DNA from: Cyanobium sp.
Lineage (GTDB): Bacteria; Cyanobacteriota; Cyanobacteriia; PCC-6307; Cyanobiaceae
Assembly (NCBI GenBank): GCA_040399305.1
Contig: JBBASH010000001.1
Location: 52,592-116,591, forward strand
Length of the DNA: 64,000 bases
Direction: 5' to 3'
Under the pieces are notes generated by a model that was not told where the DNA came from, made no database searches, and worked only from the letters and a program-made list of their open reading frames with translations. The first letter of the stretch is position 1, and every line of letters starts with the position of its first letter. Below are positions 19,078-28,583 of this stretch, piece by piece. Position numbers and translations under genes: made by a program.

Positions 19078-20940
19078 TTAGGGGGCCTGGGCCATGAGGT
19101 GGGACGCCGCCGTGGCTCGGATGGCGGCGAGTTCCTCAGGGGGAAGGCGGTCGAGTTGCTTGATCACCAGACCCATGCGCGGATTGGCGCGGAGTTGGTC
19201 AGCGTGGCGGGCGAGAAAATCCCAGTAGAGGCTGTTGAACGGGCAGGCATCGGTTCCGCTGCGCTGCTTCACGTTGAACCGGCAGCCCTTGCAGTAGGTG
19301 GACATGCGATTGATGTAGTTGCCACTGGCGGCATAGGGCTTGCTGGCCAGCCGGCCACCGTCGGCGAACAGCCCCATGCCGATCACGTTGGTCTGCATCA
19401 CCCAGTCGTGGCCATCGATGAACTGGCGGTGGAACCAGGTGGTGACGGCCTGGGGATCGAGGCCCGCCAGGAGGGCGTAGTTGGCCAGCACCATCAACCG
19501 TTGGATGTGGTGGGCGTAGCCCGTGGCCTTCAGCTCGGCCAGCACCGTGTCCATGCAGGCCATGCCGCTGCAGCCCAGTTGCTCCAACCAGGCCGGCAGG
19601 GGCCTGGAGGCCTGGAAATGGTTGAGGTGGGGATAGGTGGGGCCAAGCCAGTGGTAGAGGCCGTGGGTGTATTCCCGCCAGCCCAGAATCTGGCGGATCA
19701 CGCCCTCCAGGCTGGCCAGTGGCACGGCGGTGGTAACCGGCGGGGACGAGTCAGGTGAGGGGCGGCCGGCCTGCTCCAGGCGCTGGATCACCTCAAGCGG
19801 ATGCAGCAACCCGAGGTTGATGAAGGGGGAGAGCAGCGAATGCCAGAGGGTGGGCTGGCCGCTCACCATCGCGTCCTGATAAGGGCCGAAGCCGGCAAGG
19901 CGGGTGGCGATGAAGTGCTCCAGCACCGCTAGGGCCTGGTGGCGGCTCACCGCCCAGCCGAAGGGTTCCAGATCTCCGGGCAGGGGAGCGAGCCCGCGGC
20001 TGGCCCGACTGGCATCGAGCCGCCGCACCTTGGCGATCACCTCCAGGGTGATGGTGTCCGGCTCGAACCAAAGCGGCGTAGGACCGGCCAGCCCCTTCGT
20101 GGGGGAGCGGCGGTTGTCGTGGTCGAAGTTCCACTGGCCGCCGAGGGGGGTGGCGCTGGGACCCTCACCCTCCATCAGCACCCCGAAGCGCCGCCGACCT
20201 TCGCGATAGAAGAGCTCCATGCGCAGCTGGCGGCGGCCGTGGGCCCAGGTGGCGAACTCCTCGCGGCTCCACAAAAAGGCGCTGGAGGAATGCCAGATCA
20301 GGGTTGGGGCGGCCCCGAAGTTGGGCTCTGGCTTGGGCCTTGGCGAACCATCCAGGGACCCCGCGGACCTTGACGAGCTTGATCTGGCCACGCCGGAGCC
20401 TGGCGCGGCGTGGCCGTTCCTATTGAGACTGGTTTGTTGGAGAGTGTTTGGATCGCGACTGATCGCTTCGGAACGGGTCTGATCGGGATGGGTCTGATTC
20501 GCAGCTGATGATTTGGAACCTGTTCGATCAGGAGCTGGGAGATCAGGAGCTCTGGGATCAGGATTGGAGCTTTCCCAGCGGCTGATGATCCGCTCCAGAG
20601 CTTCCCGAACCGGCCGATCGGCCGGCTCCATCGCGTGCAGCTCCGTGATGCCGTGCTCCGCGCACCAGGCGCGCAGGGCCCCCCCGAAGCTCTCAACTTC
20701 GCGGTGGTCCGCCTGCCAGCCCGCCTCGCACAGCTCGACCACGAAGTGGCGCAGGGCGCTCCAGAGCAGCACCAGCCGCTGGCGGTGCAATGGCATCCGC
20801 TCGAGAGGAGCACTGCTCTCGATCAGCAACACCCGGCAACGGCGGCGAGCGTCGCTGGCCCCGAAGCGCTCTTCCAGCAGAGGCAGAACGGCATGGCGCT
20901 GATTGAGCTGATCGCTCAGCACCAGGATGCCAATGGTCAT
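19078..20940 (-). CDS. Cryptochrome/photolyase-family protein, Fe-S type (COG3046 / FeS-BCP-like)
   Basis: ATG at 20940 (listed start 20982 is TTG). Photolyase-like N-terminal domain and helical FAD-type domain. Four-Cys pattern: C in GCSGMACMD, then YCKGCRFNVKQRSGTDACPFNSLYW, as in [4Fe-4S] bacterial cryptochrome/photolyases. Carries a low-complexity insertion of about 100 aa. Confidence 0.85.
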   Translation of the reverse strand: MTIGILVLSDQLNQRHAVLPLLEERFGASDARRRCRVLLIESSAPLERMPLHRQRLVLLWSALRHFVVELCEAGWQADHREVESFGGALRAWCAEHGITELHAMEPADRPVREALERIISRWESSNPDPRAPDLPAPDRTGSKSSAANQTHPDQTRSEAISRDPNTLQQTSLNRNGHAAPGSGVARSSSSRSAGSLDGSPRPKPEPNFGAAPTLIWHSSSAFLWSREEFATWAHGRRQLRMELFYREGRRRFGVLMEGEGPSATPLGGQWNFDHDNRRSPTKGLAGPTPLWFEPDTITLEVIAKVRRLDASRASRGLAPLPGDLEPFGWAVSRHQALAVLEHFIATRLAGFGPYQDAMVSGQPTLWHSLLSPFINLGLLHPLEVIQRLEQAGRPSPDSSPPVTTAVPLASLEGVIRQILGWREYTHGLYHWLGPTYPHLNHFQASRPLPAWLEQLGCSGMACMDTVLAELKATGYAHHIQRLMVLANYALLAGLDPQAVTTWFHRQFIDGHDWVMQTNVIGMGLFADGGRLASKPYAASGNYINRMSTYCKGCRFNVKQRSGTDACPFNSLYWDFLARHADQLRANPRMGLVIKQLDRLPPEELAAIRATAASHLMAQAP

Positions 20941-21033
20941 GGGGGTGTCAGCGCAGCGGTTTGGGGTAAGGCCACCGATCAACGTTCGGGAGAGCCGGGA
21001 ACTGATCGTGGCTCCAGGTGGAGCTGCCCAACG

Positions 21034-21360
21034 TCAGCCATTCCCCTCGGCCGCCAACCGGCAGGCCCGGCGCGCCACGGCGCTGGCATAACCCCGCTCC
21101 ACCAGCCCCTGCTGAGGGCTGAGGGCACCGTTGCGGCAATCCACCACGAGGCGCTCGCGGTGTCCCTGTTGGTCGTTCACCCGCAGCCGTAGCTGCCAGT
21201 GGTACTGGGCGCTGCGGCTGAATTCATCACCGCAAACAGGCCCCACGCAGAGGCCGGGGGAAGCCAACGCGGGCAGCGCAGGTAGCACCAGAACCAAGGC
21301 CATCAGCAGTCCCAGCCCCAAACTCAGGCTGAACCGTCCGGTCAGCCGGTGTGCTCCCAA
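21034..21360 (-). CDS. Small secreted Cys-containing hypothetical protein
   Basis: Listed ORF 21034..21600 starts with GTG immediately after the uvrC stop. Only the distal part is protein-like: a signal peptide RFSLSLGLGLLMALVLVLPALPALA, then CVGPVCGDEF...VVDCRNG...ARRACRL. A candidate TTG start at 21360 gives a normal signal peptide. The start is not established. Confidence 0.35.
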   Translation of the reverse strand: MGAHRLTGRFSLSLGLGLLMALVLVLPALPALASPGLCVGPVCGDEFSRSAQYHWQLRLRVNDQQGHRERLVVDCRNGALSPQQGLVERGYASAVARRACRLAAEGNG

Positions 21361-21600
21361 CGGGGAACGGGCCGTAAGCCACTGCCAGATCCCAGCCCAG
21401 CCGAGCACTGGAGGCCGTTGTCCCGCAGGCGGCAGTGGAGTCCGCAGTCGGATCAGGAGCGGCAAGGGCGGGTCGCCAAGGGGAGCCCATCCTGACGGTT
21501 TCGGCCTGGGGATCGGCTGGTTGAGGACCCTTCGCCGTCCGTGCGTGGCCGGCGGCACGGGCGAATGCTGATCACTGCCGACCAACCGGAACCGCTGCAC

Positions 21601-23625
21601 TCACTCGACCGGTTCAGAGCGGGCACCCTCCTGCGCATCCTCGGCTCCCTGGGGCGGATGGAAGTACTCCCACACCTGCCGGGCCAGGGCGGGCCCGACG
21701 CCCGGAGCTGCGGCGATCTGCTCGGGGCTGGCGAGCTGGATCGCATCGATCGAGCGGAAATGGGCCAACAGATCCCTCACCCGCTTCGGACCCAGGCCAG
21801 GGATGTCCCCCAGCCGCGAGCGCTTCATCCGCTCGCCCCGTTGCTGGCGGTGATAGCTCACGGCGAAGCGGTGGGCCTCATCGCGCAGGCGCCGCAGCAG
21901 TTGCACCCCCAGCTGGTCGGCCTCGCTCTCGAGGGGCTGCTTCGCCCCCGGCAGAAACACCTCCTCCCGCTGTTTGGCCAGGGAGCAAACCACCAGGTCC
22001 CCATGGAGGTTGAGCTCCCGCAGGGCCTCCATCACAGCCGAGAGTTGGCCCTTGCCGCCATCGATCATCACCACATCGGGCCAGTCGTTGAGGCCGCCGG
22101 TGTGAAGGGCCGTGTCAGCGGCGCGGCGCAGCTCCGCCAGATCCGCCCCCTCCGCCTTGGCCTGGGCCCAGCGGCGGAAGCGGCGGCGCATGATCTCGGC
22201 CATGGCCATGAAGTCGTCGGAGTGGCCGGCGCGGATCGAGCTGCTCTGGATCCGGTAGCGGCGGTAGTGCTGCTTGGCCGGCAAGCCATCGACGAACACC
22301 ACCTGGGAGGCCACCGCATCGCTGCCCTGGATATGGCTGATGTCGAACCCTTCGATCCGCCGGGGTGGCGTGGGCAGCTCCAGGAGCTGGGCCAGGTCCT
22401 CGGTGGCCAGCTGCTGCTGCTCGGCGCCGCGCTGGGCCCGCTGCAATTCGTAGGCGGCGTTGCGTTCCACCAGCTCGATCAGCTCGGCCTTCTGCTGGCG
22501 CTGGGGCACCGCCAGCTGCATCCTGCGGCCACGCCTCTCCTGCAGCCACTCGCCAATCAGCTCCTGCTGGGGCAGGGGGTGCTGAAGCAGCAGCTCCGGC
22601 GGGATCTCCACCGGCTCCACCTGGCTGTAGTGCTCTTCCACCACCCGCTGGAGGATGCGGCCCGGATCCAGGGCGCCGCCATCAGCAGCCACCGCATCGG
22701 CGGTGAAGCCCAGCCGGCCCACCAGCTTGCCGGCCCGCATTTGGAACAGCTGCACCGCCGCCACCCGACCATCGCTGGCCAGGGCCACCACATCACGGCT
22801 CACGGAGCTATCTCCGAGGCTCATCTTCTGGTCGGCGGTGAGGGCATCGAGGCCCTGCAGCTGGTCGCGCACCCGGGCGGCGGCCTCGAAATCCAGCCGT
22901 TCGGCGTAGCGCTCCATCTGGGCCCGCAGCAGCTCCAGCAACTCGTCGTTGCGGCCCTGAAACACCATCGCCACCTTGCGCAGGCCCTGGTGGTATGCCT
23001 CGGAACTGATCTTTTCCTGGCAGACGCCGGGGCAGCGGCCGATGTCATAGTTGAGGCAGGTGCGGTCGCGGTGAAGAGGCAGGGGACGCTGCCGCAGCGG
23101 AAACACCCGCTTCACCATCGCCAGGGTGCGGCGGAGCAGGCCTACATCCACGTAGGGCCCGTAGAAGCGATCGAGGGGTGAACGGAAGCGGCGGCGGCGC
23201 GTGATGAAGATGCGCGGGTAGGCCTCGCTCCAGGTGATACAGAGATAGGGGTATTTCTTATCGTCCTTCAGCAGCACATTGAAGTGGGGCTGGTGGTGCT
23301 TGATCAGGTTCGATTCCAGCGCCAGCGCCTCGGCTTCGCTGTCGGTCACGATGAACTCGATCTCGCACACCTGGCGCACCATCAGGGCGATCCGAGGGCT
23401 ATGGGCGTGGCCGCCACCGCTCTGGAAATAGCTGCGCACCCGGTTGCGCAGCAGCTTGGCCTTGCCGATGTAGAGAATCCTGTCCTCTCCATCACGCAGC
23501 AGATAGCAGCCGGGTTCGGAAGGCACCTCCTTCAGGCGGGCCTTGAGCTTGGCCGGCTGCTGGATCAGCACAGGCGGCACGGCCGCGGCGTCCTGAAGGG
23601 TTGCCCGATTCGTGCGAACGCTCAC
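21601..23625 (-). CDS. uvrC: Excinuclease ABC subunit C
   Basis: GIY-YIG motif [30 protein letters not shown], UvrBC-interaction region, and a C-terminal Hh[19 protein letters not shown] at 23625 avoids overlap with the upstream gene. The listed start 23697 is an alternative. Confidence 0.92.
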   Translation of the reverse strand: MSVRTNRATLQDAAAVPPVLIQQPAKLKARLKEVPSEPGCYLLRDGEDRILYIGKAKLLRNRVRSYFQSGGGHAHSPRIALMVRQVCEIEFIVTDSEAEALALESNLIKHHQPHFNVLLKDDKKYPYLCITWSEAYPRIFITRRRRFRSPLDRFYGPYVDVGLLRRTLAMVKRVFPLRQRPLPLHRDRTCLNYDIGRCPGVCQEKISSEAYHQGLRKVAMVFQGRNDELLELLRAQMERYAERLDFEAAARVRDQLQGLDALTADQKMSLGDSSVSRDVVALASDGRVAAVQLFQMRAGKLVGRLGFTADAVAADGGALDPGRILQRVVEEHYSQVEPVEIPPELLLQHPLPQQELIGEWLQERRGRRMQLAVPQRQQKAELIELVERNAAYELQRAQRGAEQQQLATEDLAQLLELPTPPRRIEGFDISHIQGSDAVASQVVFVDGLPAKQHYRRYRIQSSSIRAGHSDDFMAMAEIMRRRFRRWAQAKAEGADLAELRRAADTALHTGGLNDWPDVVMIDGGKGQLSAVMEALRELNLHGDLVVCSLAKQREEVFLPGAKQPLESEADQLGVQLLRRLRDEAHRFAVSYHRQQRGERMKRSRLGDIPGLGPKRVRDLLAHFRSIDAIQLASPEQIAAAPGVGPALARQVWEYFHPPQGAEDAQEGARSEPVE

Positions 23626-23653
23626 GGCGGGGCGACAGCGGCGACCAGCCCCC

Positions 23654-24145
23654 TCAACCGCCGTACTGCCAGCCGGTGCCCGCCAGCTCGAGGGCATCGC
23701 CTTCCCGCAGCAGGGTGGCGCTCTTCACCTCCCCCACGAACACTGTGTGGTCGCCATGGTCGACCGTGCCGACGAGCTCGCATTCCACCCCGCCCAAACC
23801 GTCCTCCAGGATTGGCAAGCCCAGGGGACCGAGTCGGAAAGGAGCGGCATCGAAGCGCCCCCCCACCGCCGCCTGGGGCTTGAAGAACACGGCCGCCAGG
23901 TCCTTCTGGTCGGCGCGCAGCACATTGAGGGAGAAGCGGCCGGTGCGGCGGATCATGCCGTTGCTGGTGGAATCGGCCCGCACCGCCATCACCACCAGGG
24001 GGGGCTCAAACGATCCCTGGGTGACCCAGCTGGCGGTGAAGCCGTTCACCTCCTCACCTTCGGCCACGCCGCAGATGAACAGGCCGTGGGGAATCTTCCG
24101 AAGCAGGGTCTTCTTAGCGGCGGCGTCGAGGCTGACGTCGGTCAT
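23654..24145 (-). CDS. Flavin reductase-like domain protein
   Basis: ATG at 24145. [35 protein letters not shown]...[12 protein letters not shown] is typical of the flavin reductase / FMN-binding split-barrel family. Confidence 0.8.
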   Translation of the reverse strand: MTDVSLDAAAKKTLLRKIPHGLFICGVAEGEEVNGFTASWVTQGSFEPPLVVMAVRADSTSNGMIRRTGRFSLNVLRADQKDLAAVFFKPQAAVGGRFDAAPFRLGPLGLPILEDGLGGVECELVGTVDHGDHTVFVGEVKSATLLREGDALELAGTGWQYGG

Positions 24146-24203
24146 GATTCGTGCGGTTCGGTCCTGGAGCGACTCTAGGGAGATGACCCCACCCGCCCAG
24201 GCC

Positions 24204-24695
24204 ATGCGCGCCCTCTATCCCGGCAGCTTCGACCCCCTCACCCTGGGCCACCTCGACCTGATCGAGCGGGCCAGCCGGCTCTTCGACGGCGTGAGGGTGG
24301 CGGTGCTGCAGAACCCTCTCAAGCAGCCCGCCTTTCCGCTAGAGCAGCGCCTCGAGCAGATCCGCGCGGCCACAGCCCATCTGAAGGGAGTGGAGGTGGG
24401 CAGTTTCGATGGGCTCACGGTGGAGTACGCCCGCGCCTGCGGCGCCAGTGTGATCCTGCGCGGCCTGCGGGCCCTGAGCGATTTCGAGTTCGAGCTCCAG
24501 ATCGCCCATACCAACAAGAGCCTCGATCCCGACCTAGAGACCCTGTTCCTCGCCACCGCCGTGAACCACAGCTACCTGAGTAGCTCGGTGGTCAAGGAGG
24601 TGGCGCGATTCGGTGGCGATGTGAGTCATATGGTCCCGGAGGGAGTGGCGCAGGACCTGCGGAGGCTCTTTAATCGGCCATCACCTCCCGGATGA
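24204..24695 (+). CDS. coaD: Phosphopantetheine adenylyltransferase
   Basis: ATG at 24204. [23 protein letters not shown]...[21 protein letters not shown]...SSSVVKEV. Confidence 0.93.
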   Translation: MRALYPGSFDPLTLGHLDLIERASRLFDGVRVAVLQNPLKQPAFPLEQRLEQIRAATAHLKGVEVGSFDGLTVEYARACGASVILRGLRALSDFEFELQIAHTNKSLDPDLETLFLATAVNHSYLSSSVVKEVARFGGDVSHMVPEGVAQDLRRLFNRPSPPG

Positions 24696-24696
24696 C

Positions 24697-25644
24697 ATGA
24701 GCGAGGAGCGCATCACCGTTCTCGACCAGCTGGACCAGCTTGAGGACATCGTTCTTGAAGGCAGCCGCATCCCCTTCAGTGGCGGGCGCCTGGTGAATGA
24801 GCAGGACGCCATCGAAACGATGGACGCCCTCCGTGCTGCCCTACCCGCGCAGATCGCCCAGGCAGAGGATCTGCTGCATCAGCGGGACAGCTTCATCGAG
24901 AAGGCCCGCCAGCAGGCTGAGGAGATCCTCAGTCAGGCCCGACGGGAACGGGAGGGCCTGATCGCTTCCGCCTCCGTGCGGCAGGAGGCGGAGCGGCAGG
25001 GCAGCGAACTGCGCGAGCAGGCCCGCCAGCAGGGGGAGCAGCTGATCCTCGCCGGCCGGCAACAGGCCGCCCAGGCGGAGCAGGACCTGCAAACCCGCAT
25101 GGCCCAGATGGAGCAGCAGTTCGCCGTCCGGCGCCAGCAGCTGGAACAGGAGGCCCAGGCACGACGTCAGCACATCGACCAGGAAGCCGCCGAACGGAAT
25201 CGCCAGCTGCTTGAACAGCATGAACGAAGCCGGCAGCAGGCGATGGCCGAGCTGGAAGCCATCCGCCAGGAAGGCAACCGCATCCAGCGCGACAGCCAGG
25301 CCGAGGCGGAACGGCTCCATACCGATGCACTCCAGTTCCGGCAGCAGACCCAGCAGCAATGCGAATCCCTGATCGCCCGGGCTCGCCATGAGGCCACCAC
25401 GGTCCAGGAGGGTGCCAACCACTACGCGGAGCAGGTGCTCGGGGAACTGGAAGGTCGGCTGAAGGAACTCAGCCAGGTGGTGCTGAGTGGAAGGCGGGAG
25501 CTGGTGCGGCTCCAGACGGTCGAGACCAAGCCGGCGAACCGCTCCGCTGATCTGCTTCCGGCCGACCAGGAGGAACCGGTGAACCGGGCCCGCCGAGCCG
25601 CCGGCCGTCTACGCCGGGCCGCGGCCCGCGGCCTGGCCAGCTGA
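24697..25644 (+). CDS. Coiled-coil protein (ATP synthase B/B'-like, conserved cyanobacterial)
   Basis: The ATG lies 1 nt after the coaD stop. Long Gln/Glu/Arg/Ala heptad-like region (EQARQQGEQLILAGRQQAAQAEQDLQ...). Confidence 0.7.
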   Translation: MSEERITVLDQLDQLEDIVLEGSRIPFSGGRLVNEQDAIETMDALRAALPAQIAQAEDLLHQRDSFIEKARQQAEEILSQARREREGLIASASVRQEAERQGSELREQARQQGEQLILAGRQQAAQAEQDLQTRMAQMEQQFAVRRQQLEQEAQARRQHIDQEAAERNRQLLEQHERSRQQAMAELEAIRQEGNRIQRDSQAEAERLHTDALQFRQQTQQQCESLIARARHEATTVQEGANHYAEQVLGELEGRLKELSQVVLSGRRELVRLQTVETKPANRSADLLPADQEEPVNRARRAAGRLRRAAARGLAS

Positions 25645-25697
25645 GGCCAGGGCCTCAGGCGGTCTTGAGCGATTGATCACGGCCAGTGAACTTGAAG

Positions 25698-25729
25698 GCT
25701 CCCCGACGCTGTCCGGCGTTTCGGGGAGC
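25698..25729 (+). terminator. Putative intrinsic terminator after the coiled-coil gene
   Basis: GCTCCCCGA (25698-25706) pairs with TCGGGGAGC (25721-25729). 14-nt loop, followed by TTCGTTCTG. Confidence 0.35.
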
Positions 25730-25776
25730 TTCGTTCTGATCAATCATCCCAGCCCCACATCCACCGAGGGGCTCCT

Positions 25777-27183
25777 TCAGGGAGTGGGAAGAGCGGCCGA
25801 GGCCGTGCTGCTGGCGCAGAGGGACACGTTCTGCACCTGTGCCATGACCCTGCCGATCGTGCGGTTCGGTGTTGTGGCGCCATTGGAAATGGCACTCACA
25901 TAGCGGGGTCCATCGTTCGTCTGCAGAACACCACTGATCGCCCGGACACCGGTCAAGGTTCCCGTCTTGGCGTGGAGCATCCCATCAAGGGAGGTGCCAC
26001 TGAAGAGATGGCGCAAGGTGCCGCGCTGGCCGGCGATGGCCATCGATCCCACGTAGTGACGCGCATAGGGATGCTGATCCATCCGCAGCAGCAGGGCGGC
26101 GAGGAAGCGGCTGGTGACCCGGTCGGAGCGGTCAAGACCGCTGCCATCAGACACGCGAACGCCCTGAAGGGGGAGGCCCTGGGTCTGGAGCCAGGCGGTG
26201 GCCCGTAGGGCCGCTTCCTGCTCATTCCAGGTGCCGGCGGCGGAGCGCAGCAGCACCTCGGCCGTGAAGTTGTGGCTCTCGGTGTTGGCAAGGCTCAAGA
26301 GCCCATTCATGGAGGTGGAGGGCTCTTCATGAACCATCACCGCGTTCGTAGGCAGCGGCTCTCTGGCGGAGATCACATTGAGGGTGATGGCACCCGGTGC
26401 CTGGCTAGCGACGGTGCGATCCAGGAGGCGCTGCAGCCGTGCCGGTGGATTCATCACCGCATCATCAATGGTGTTGCTGGTGATCGCCAACCGGGTGACG
26501 GGCGCGCCGTAGGCCGTGCCGCGGTCCCCCGGGTGCCAACCCTGGGGCCACCAAGCGCCAGCGTCCTCTTCCGCCAGTTCGAGCCTCACCGGATTGGCGG
26601 TGGAAGCTCCGCTGCTGAGGGCCGCCATGCGCACAAAGCGCTGCAGCTGGGGGAGGGCGAGGTCGGGATCCCCCTGGCCCGTGAGCCGAAAGCGACCATC
26701 GGGAAGACGCCACAGCCGGGTGGCCAAGCGGAAATCAGGCCCGAGGCGATCGAGGGCGAAGGCCGTGCTGATCAACTTCTGATTGGAGGCCGGAGTACGC
26801 GGACGGGTGCCGTTGACATCCGCCAGCAGGCGCCCGCGGGCATCCGCCACACTCACACTCCACACCTCGGCCTCAGCGCCGATCACGGTCGCGACGCGCT
26901 GCTGGAGGGCCGGGCAGCTGATCTCGGCCTGCAGAACCGGCCGGGCCACCGCCGTTGGCAGGGGAGGCAGGGCGGCGAGGCGGGGAGGCAGACCCCTGAC
27001 CCGTGCAGGAATGGCGGGGCTGTAGGCCTGGGCCAGGGCCGCGCCGCTGCCGGCGGTCACCAACACACCCAGGCAGGCAAGGCTTCCGAAGAACCGCAGG
27101 TTCAGGCGTGCCCCGCGAGGCCGAGCCAAGCGGTGCAAAGAGCTCAGGGCCTTGGGCTCAGACAGAGAGGAGGGGGTGGTCAT
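25777..27183 (-). CDS. dacB: D-alanyl-D-alanine carboxypeptidase/endopeptidase (PBP4, peptidase S13)
   Basis: ATG at 27183. Signal peptide. SxxK motif PASNQKLISTAFAL. C-terminal KTGTLTGV (KTG). Confidence 0.88.
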   Translation of the reverse strand: MTTPSSLSEPKALSSLHRLARPRGARLNLRFFGSLACLGVLVTAGSGAALAQAYSPAIPARVRGLPPRLAALPPLPTAVARPVLQAEISCPALQQRVATVIGAEAEVWSVSVADARGRLLADVNGTRPRTPASNQKLISTAFALDRLGPDFRLATRLWRLPDGRFRLTGQGDPDLALPQLQRFVRMAALSSGASTANPVRLELAEEDAGAWWPQGWHPGDRGTAYGAPVTRLAITSNTIDDAVMNPPARLQRLLDRTVASQAPGAITLNVISAREPLPTNAVMVHEEPSTSMNGLLSLANTESHNFTAEVLLRSAAGTWNEQEAALRATAWLQTQGLPLQGVRVSDGSGLDRSDRVTSRFLAALLLRMDQHPYARHYVGSMAIAGQRGTLRHLFSGTSLDGMLHAKTGTLTGVRAISGVLQTNDGPRYVSAISNGATTPNRTIGRVMAQVQNVSLCASSTASAALPTP

Positions 27184-27185
27184 GC

Positions 27186-27710
27186 TCAGCTGCCTTCCAT
27201 GCGGAGGTCGGTCACGGTGCCGTTGAAGCGGTAGTTGCTCCCCTCCAGCTCCACGGGAGCACCGATCTTGATGCTCTGGTTGCCGAACACCACGCCTCCG
27301 GCGGAGCGCCTGCCCTCACCCTCCAGCACAAAGCGACCATCGAAGGTGCCAAAGGTCTTCTGGTTGGGATCCGGAGTTGAAACGAGCTTTCCATCGGGCG
27401 TGAGGATCGTGAGACGTCGCTCCAGAGGCAGGATTTTCAGCAGCTTCACGCTGCCGTGGGGCTGGTTGCGGATCACAATCGCCACCTTGCCCTCAGCTTC
27501 GGCGCCCTTGAGCAGGGCCATGGGATCAGCACTGGGCACGCCCCGCACATCCACCGTCACGATCACGGGCCTGAGGGCACCGGTGGCCTTGGCCACGGCC
27601 CCACTCAGCTTCGGACTCCACACCACCCCAGCCGCTGCCAATACCGCGGCGGCAGCAGCAGCCCCATCCAGGAGCGTGAAGGAACGGCCGGGTTTGGAGG
27701 AGGGGGTCAT
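27186..27710 (-). CDS. DUF4330 family protein
   Basis: ATG at 27710. N-terminal TM segment, then VTVDVRGVPSADP...AIVIRNQPHGSVKLLKILPLERR...GNQSIKIGAPVELEGSNYRFNGTV. Confidence 0.65.
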   Translation of the reverse strand: MTPSSKPGRSFTLLDGAAAAAAVLAAAGVVWSPKLSGAVAKATGALRPVIVTVDVRGVPSADPMALLKGAEAEGKVAIVIRNQPHGSVKLLKILPLERRLTILTPDGKLVSTPDPNQKTFGTFDGRFVLEGEGRRSAGGVVFGNQSIKIGAPVELEGSNYRFNGTVTDLRMEGS

Positions 27711-27812
27711 GGCAACCGGAAAGTTCGCGAAGTGTAAGCAGATCATCTGGAGGACACCAGCCCGCTGAAGGGCAGGCCAAGGCCCGAAGGGCCGCGGTCC
27801 CGGGGCTCGTCT

Positions 27813-28556
27813 TTAGCGCTGCAAGCCATCCAGCAGCCGATCCACCGAGCGCAGGGTCATCCCAAGGCCACCGGATCCATCACCCTGCAGGGCCCCATCC
27901 CGTTCCTCTCCATCGGGTCGATGGTCGAAGTTGGCCACAAAGCGGTAGCCATCGGGATCCAGGCGGAACAGCTCCCAGTCGAGGGGGTGGGCCCGCCGCA
28001 GGGCGGAGCCGGTCAGGGGAAGCAGGGCGTAGGCCGCCTCCCACTGGGCCAGGAACCCCCGCCGCCGTTCACGGCCGACGCTGCCGATGCCCACGGCGCC
28101 ATCTTCAAGGCCCGGATTCACCAGAACCACCCGGCCCGCGTGGGCCTGGCAGACGCTCTCCACGGTCTCGTAATCAGCCTGGCTGGCGCCCACCAGGATC
28201 AGCACCTCAGCGCCGCTGCCCTCTGGGCCTCCGGCAGCGGCGCCATCTCCTTGCTCAAGCGCCACAGCAGAGGTGCTCGCCCGCAGCCGCAGATGGTCGC
28301 TGAAGGTGGCGATGCGCTCCGCCAGTTCCGGCCCATCGCGGCGGGCCAGTGCCGCGGCGCCGGCATCCGGGAACAGGAGCCTGATCCCCGCGGCACTCGA
28401 TTCCAGCTCCCCGACCAGCCGCAGCACCACCGGCAACAGCCGCAGCCCCTCAAAGCGCAGTTCCAGGGTCCAGCGACCGCGGGGATCGCTCGCCAAGGCG
28501 GAGCGGAGCGAGGCCAAGGCCTCGGCCTCGGCCGTTCGAAGGTCGGGGGGAAGCAT
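27813..28556 (-). CDS. DUF1995 family protein
   Basis: ATG at 28556. MLPPDLRTAEAEALASLRSAL...RWTLELRFEGLRLLPVVLRL... resembles the cyanobacterial/plastid DUF1995 family (from memory). Confidence 0.6.
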   Translation of the reverse strand: MLPPDLRTAEAEALASLRSALASDPRGRWTLELRFEGLRLLPVVLRLVGELESSAAGIRLLFPDAGAAALARRDGPELAERIATFSDHLRLRASTSAVALEQGDGAAAGGPEGSGAEVLILVGASQADYETVESVCQAHAGRVVLVNPGLEDGAVGIGSVGRERRRGFLAQWEAAYALLPLTGSALRRAHPLDWELFRLDPDGYRFVANFDHRPDGEERDGALQGDGSGGLGMTLRSVDRLLDGLQR

Positions 28557-28583
28557 CGGCCGAGCCTCGCAGGAGCCTGGACC

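Noticed and set aside
21541-23181. 546-aa plus-strand ORF
   Set aside because: It is antisense to uvrC, and its Leu/Gly/His/Gln/Ala-rich sequence has no recognisable domain. The same reasoning applies to other long antisense ORFs: 3680..4765, 8711..9793, 11309..12271, 26272..27234, 27921..28979, 35750..36829, 37988..39070, 39587..40597, 47140..48087, 48364..49335, 53033..53968, 55211..56647, 58902..59891.
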